DNA from: Octopus bimaculoides
Lineage: Eukaryota
Length of the DNA: 64,000 nt
Reading direction: 5' to 3'
Assembly: GCF_001194135.2 (NCBI RefSeq)
Contig: NC_069000.1
Coordinates: forward strand, 22,141,813-22,205,812
Both the position numbers and the translations under genes were made by a program. How positions within the stretch are numbered: the first letter of the stretch is position 1; every line of letters starts with the position of its first letter. Positions 63,630 through 64,000 of this stretch are shown piece by piece. The notes under the pieces are model-generated. The model did no database searches and was not told the DNA's origin. It saw only the letters and a list, made by a program, of their open reading frames with translations.

Positions 63630-64000
63630 GGAGAAATCCGTTAGACAGCCTCCAAGAAATTCTAAGTTTTTCCCACTTCTAGAGGAAGAAGAGTAAAAGA
63701 TAAAGAGCCTGCATGAAGATGCCACACACACACACACACACACACACACAAATACAGACTGGGAGGAGTGGGGGAGAATGTGCTAATAATTGTATATATA
63801 TATAAAGCACATCATATGTGATCTACACGACTTATAAAGCGTAAGTGTATATGACCTACAGGAAGTTACAATAAAGAATTGGAGACCAGGTTATTGTTGT
63901 TGTGGTATAATGAATTACTTCTACTTGAATGGACTTGAGATTTGGAACTTATTGGGAGAAGAACTTGGCCAAGAGTACAGTGTCTCAGGCAAGTTTTGGC

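Noticed and set aside
1-64000. CRISPR arrays, rRNA genes or prokaryotic operons
   Set aside because: No regularly spaced repeat-spacer array or rRNA similarity was seen; the sequence is eukaryotic intronic/intergenic DNA.

Overview
AT-rich eukaryotic DNA dense in microsatellites, with many N gaps. The SINE/RTE repeat families and (CA)n/(TA)n/(GAT)n load look like a coleoid cephalopod (Octopus-like) draft assembly; this is inference and the species cannot be fixed from sequence alone. The only well-supported host coding sequence is a 549-bp minus-strand exon (756-1304) of a TOX HMG-box family gene. It carries the N-terminal FHxPSFGDEDFxIPP, FPPQxxLDVPxI and LTISxSQVxxQLG motifs; the HMG box would lie beyond the left edge. 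Two candidate upstream exons (6472-6546 and 24008-24040) splice in frame with it, so the left ~24 kb is probably TOX introns. The rest is mostly repeats: tRNA-derived SINEs, RTE LINE 3' ends, piggyBac-, hAT- and mariner-type MITEs, and Tc1/mariner/CR1/Penelope fossils. The most unusual signal is a set of type I hammerhead-ribozyme-like motifs. One has an intact core at the apex of a ~330-nt imperfect hairpin (18071-18398) and another has an intact core at 32646-32688. Two copies carry single core mutations (15201-15242 and 21151-21193). Almost all ORFs in the supplied track are microsatellite or N-gap artefacts. All alignments and folds were done by eye.
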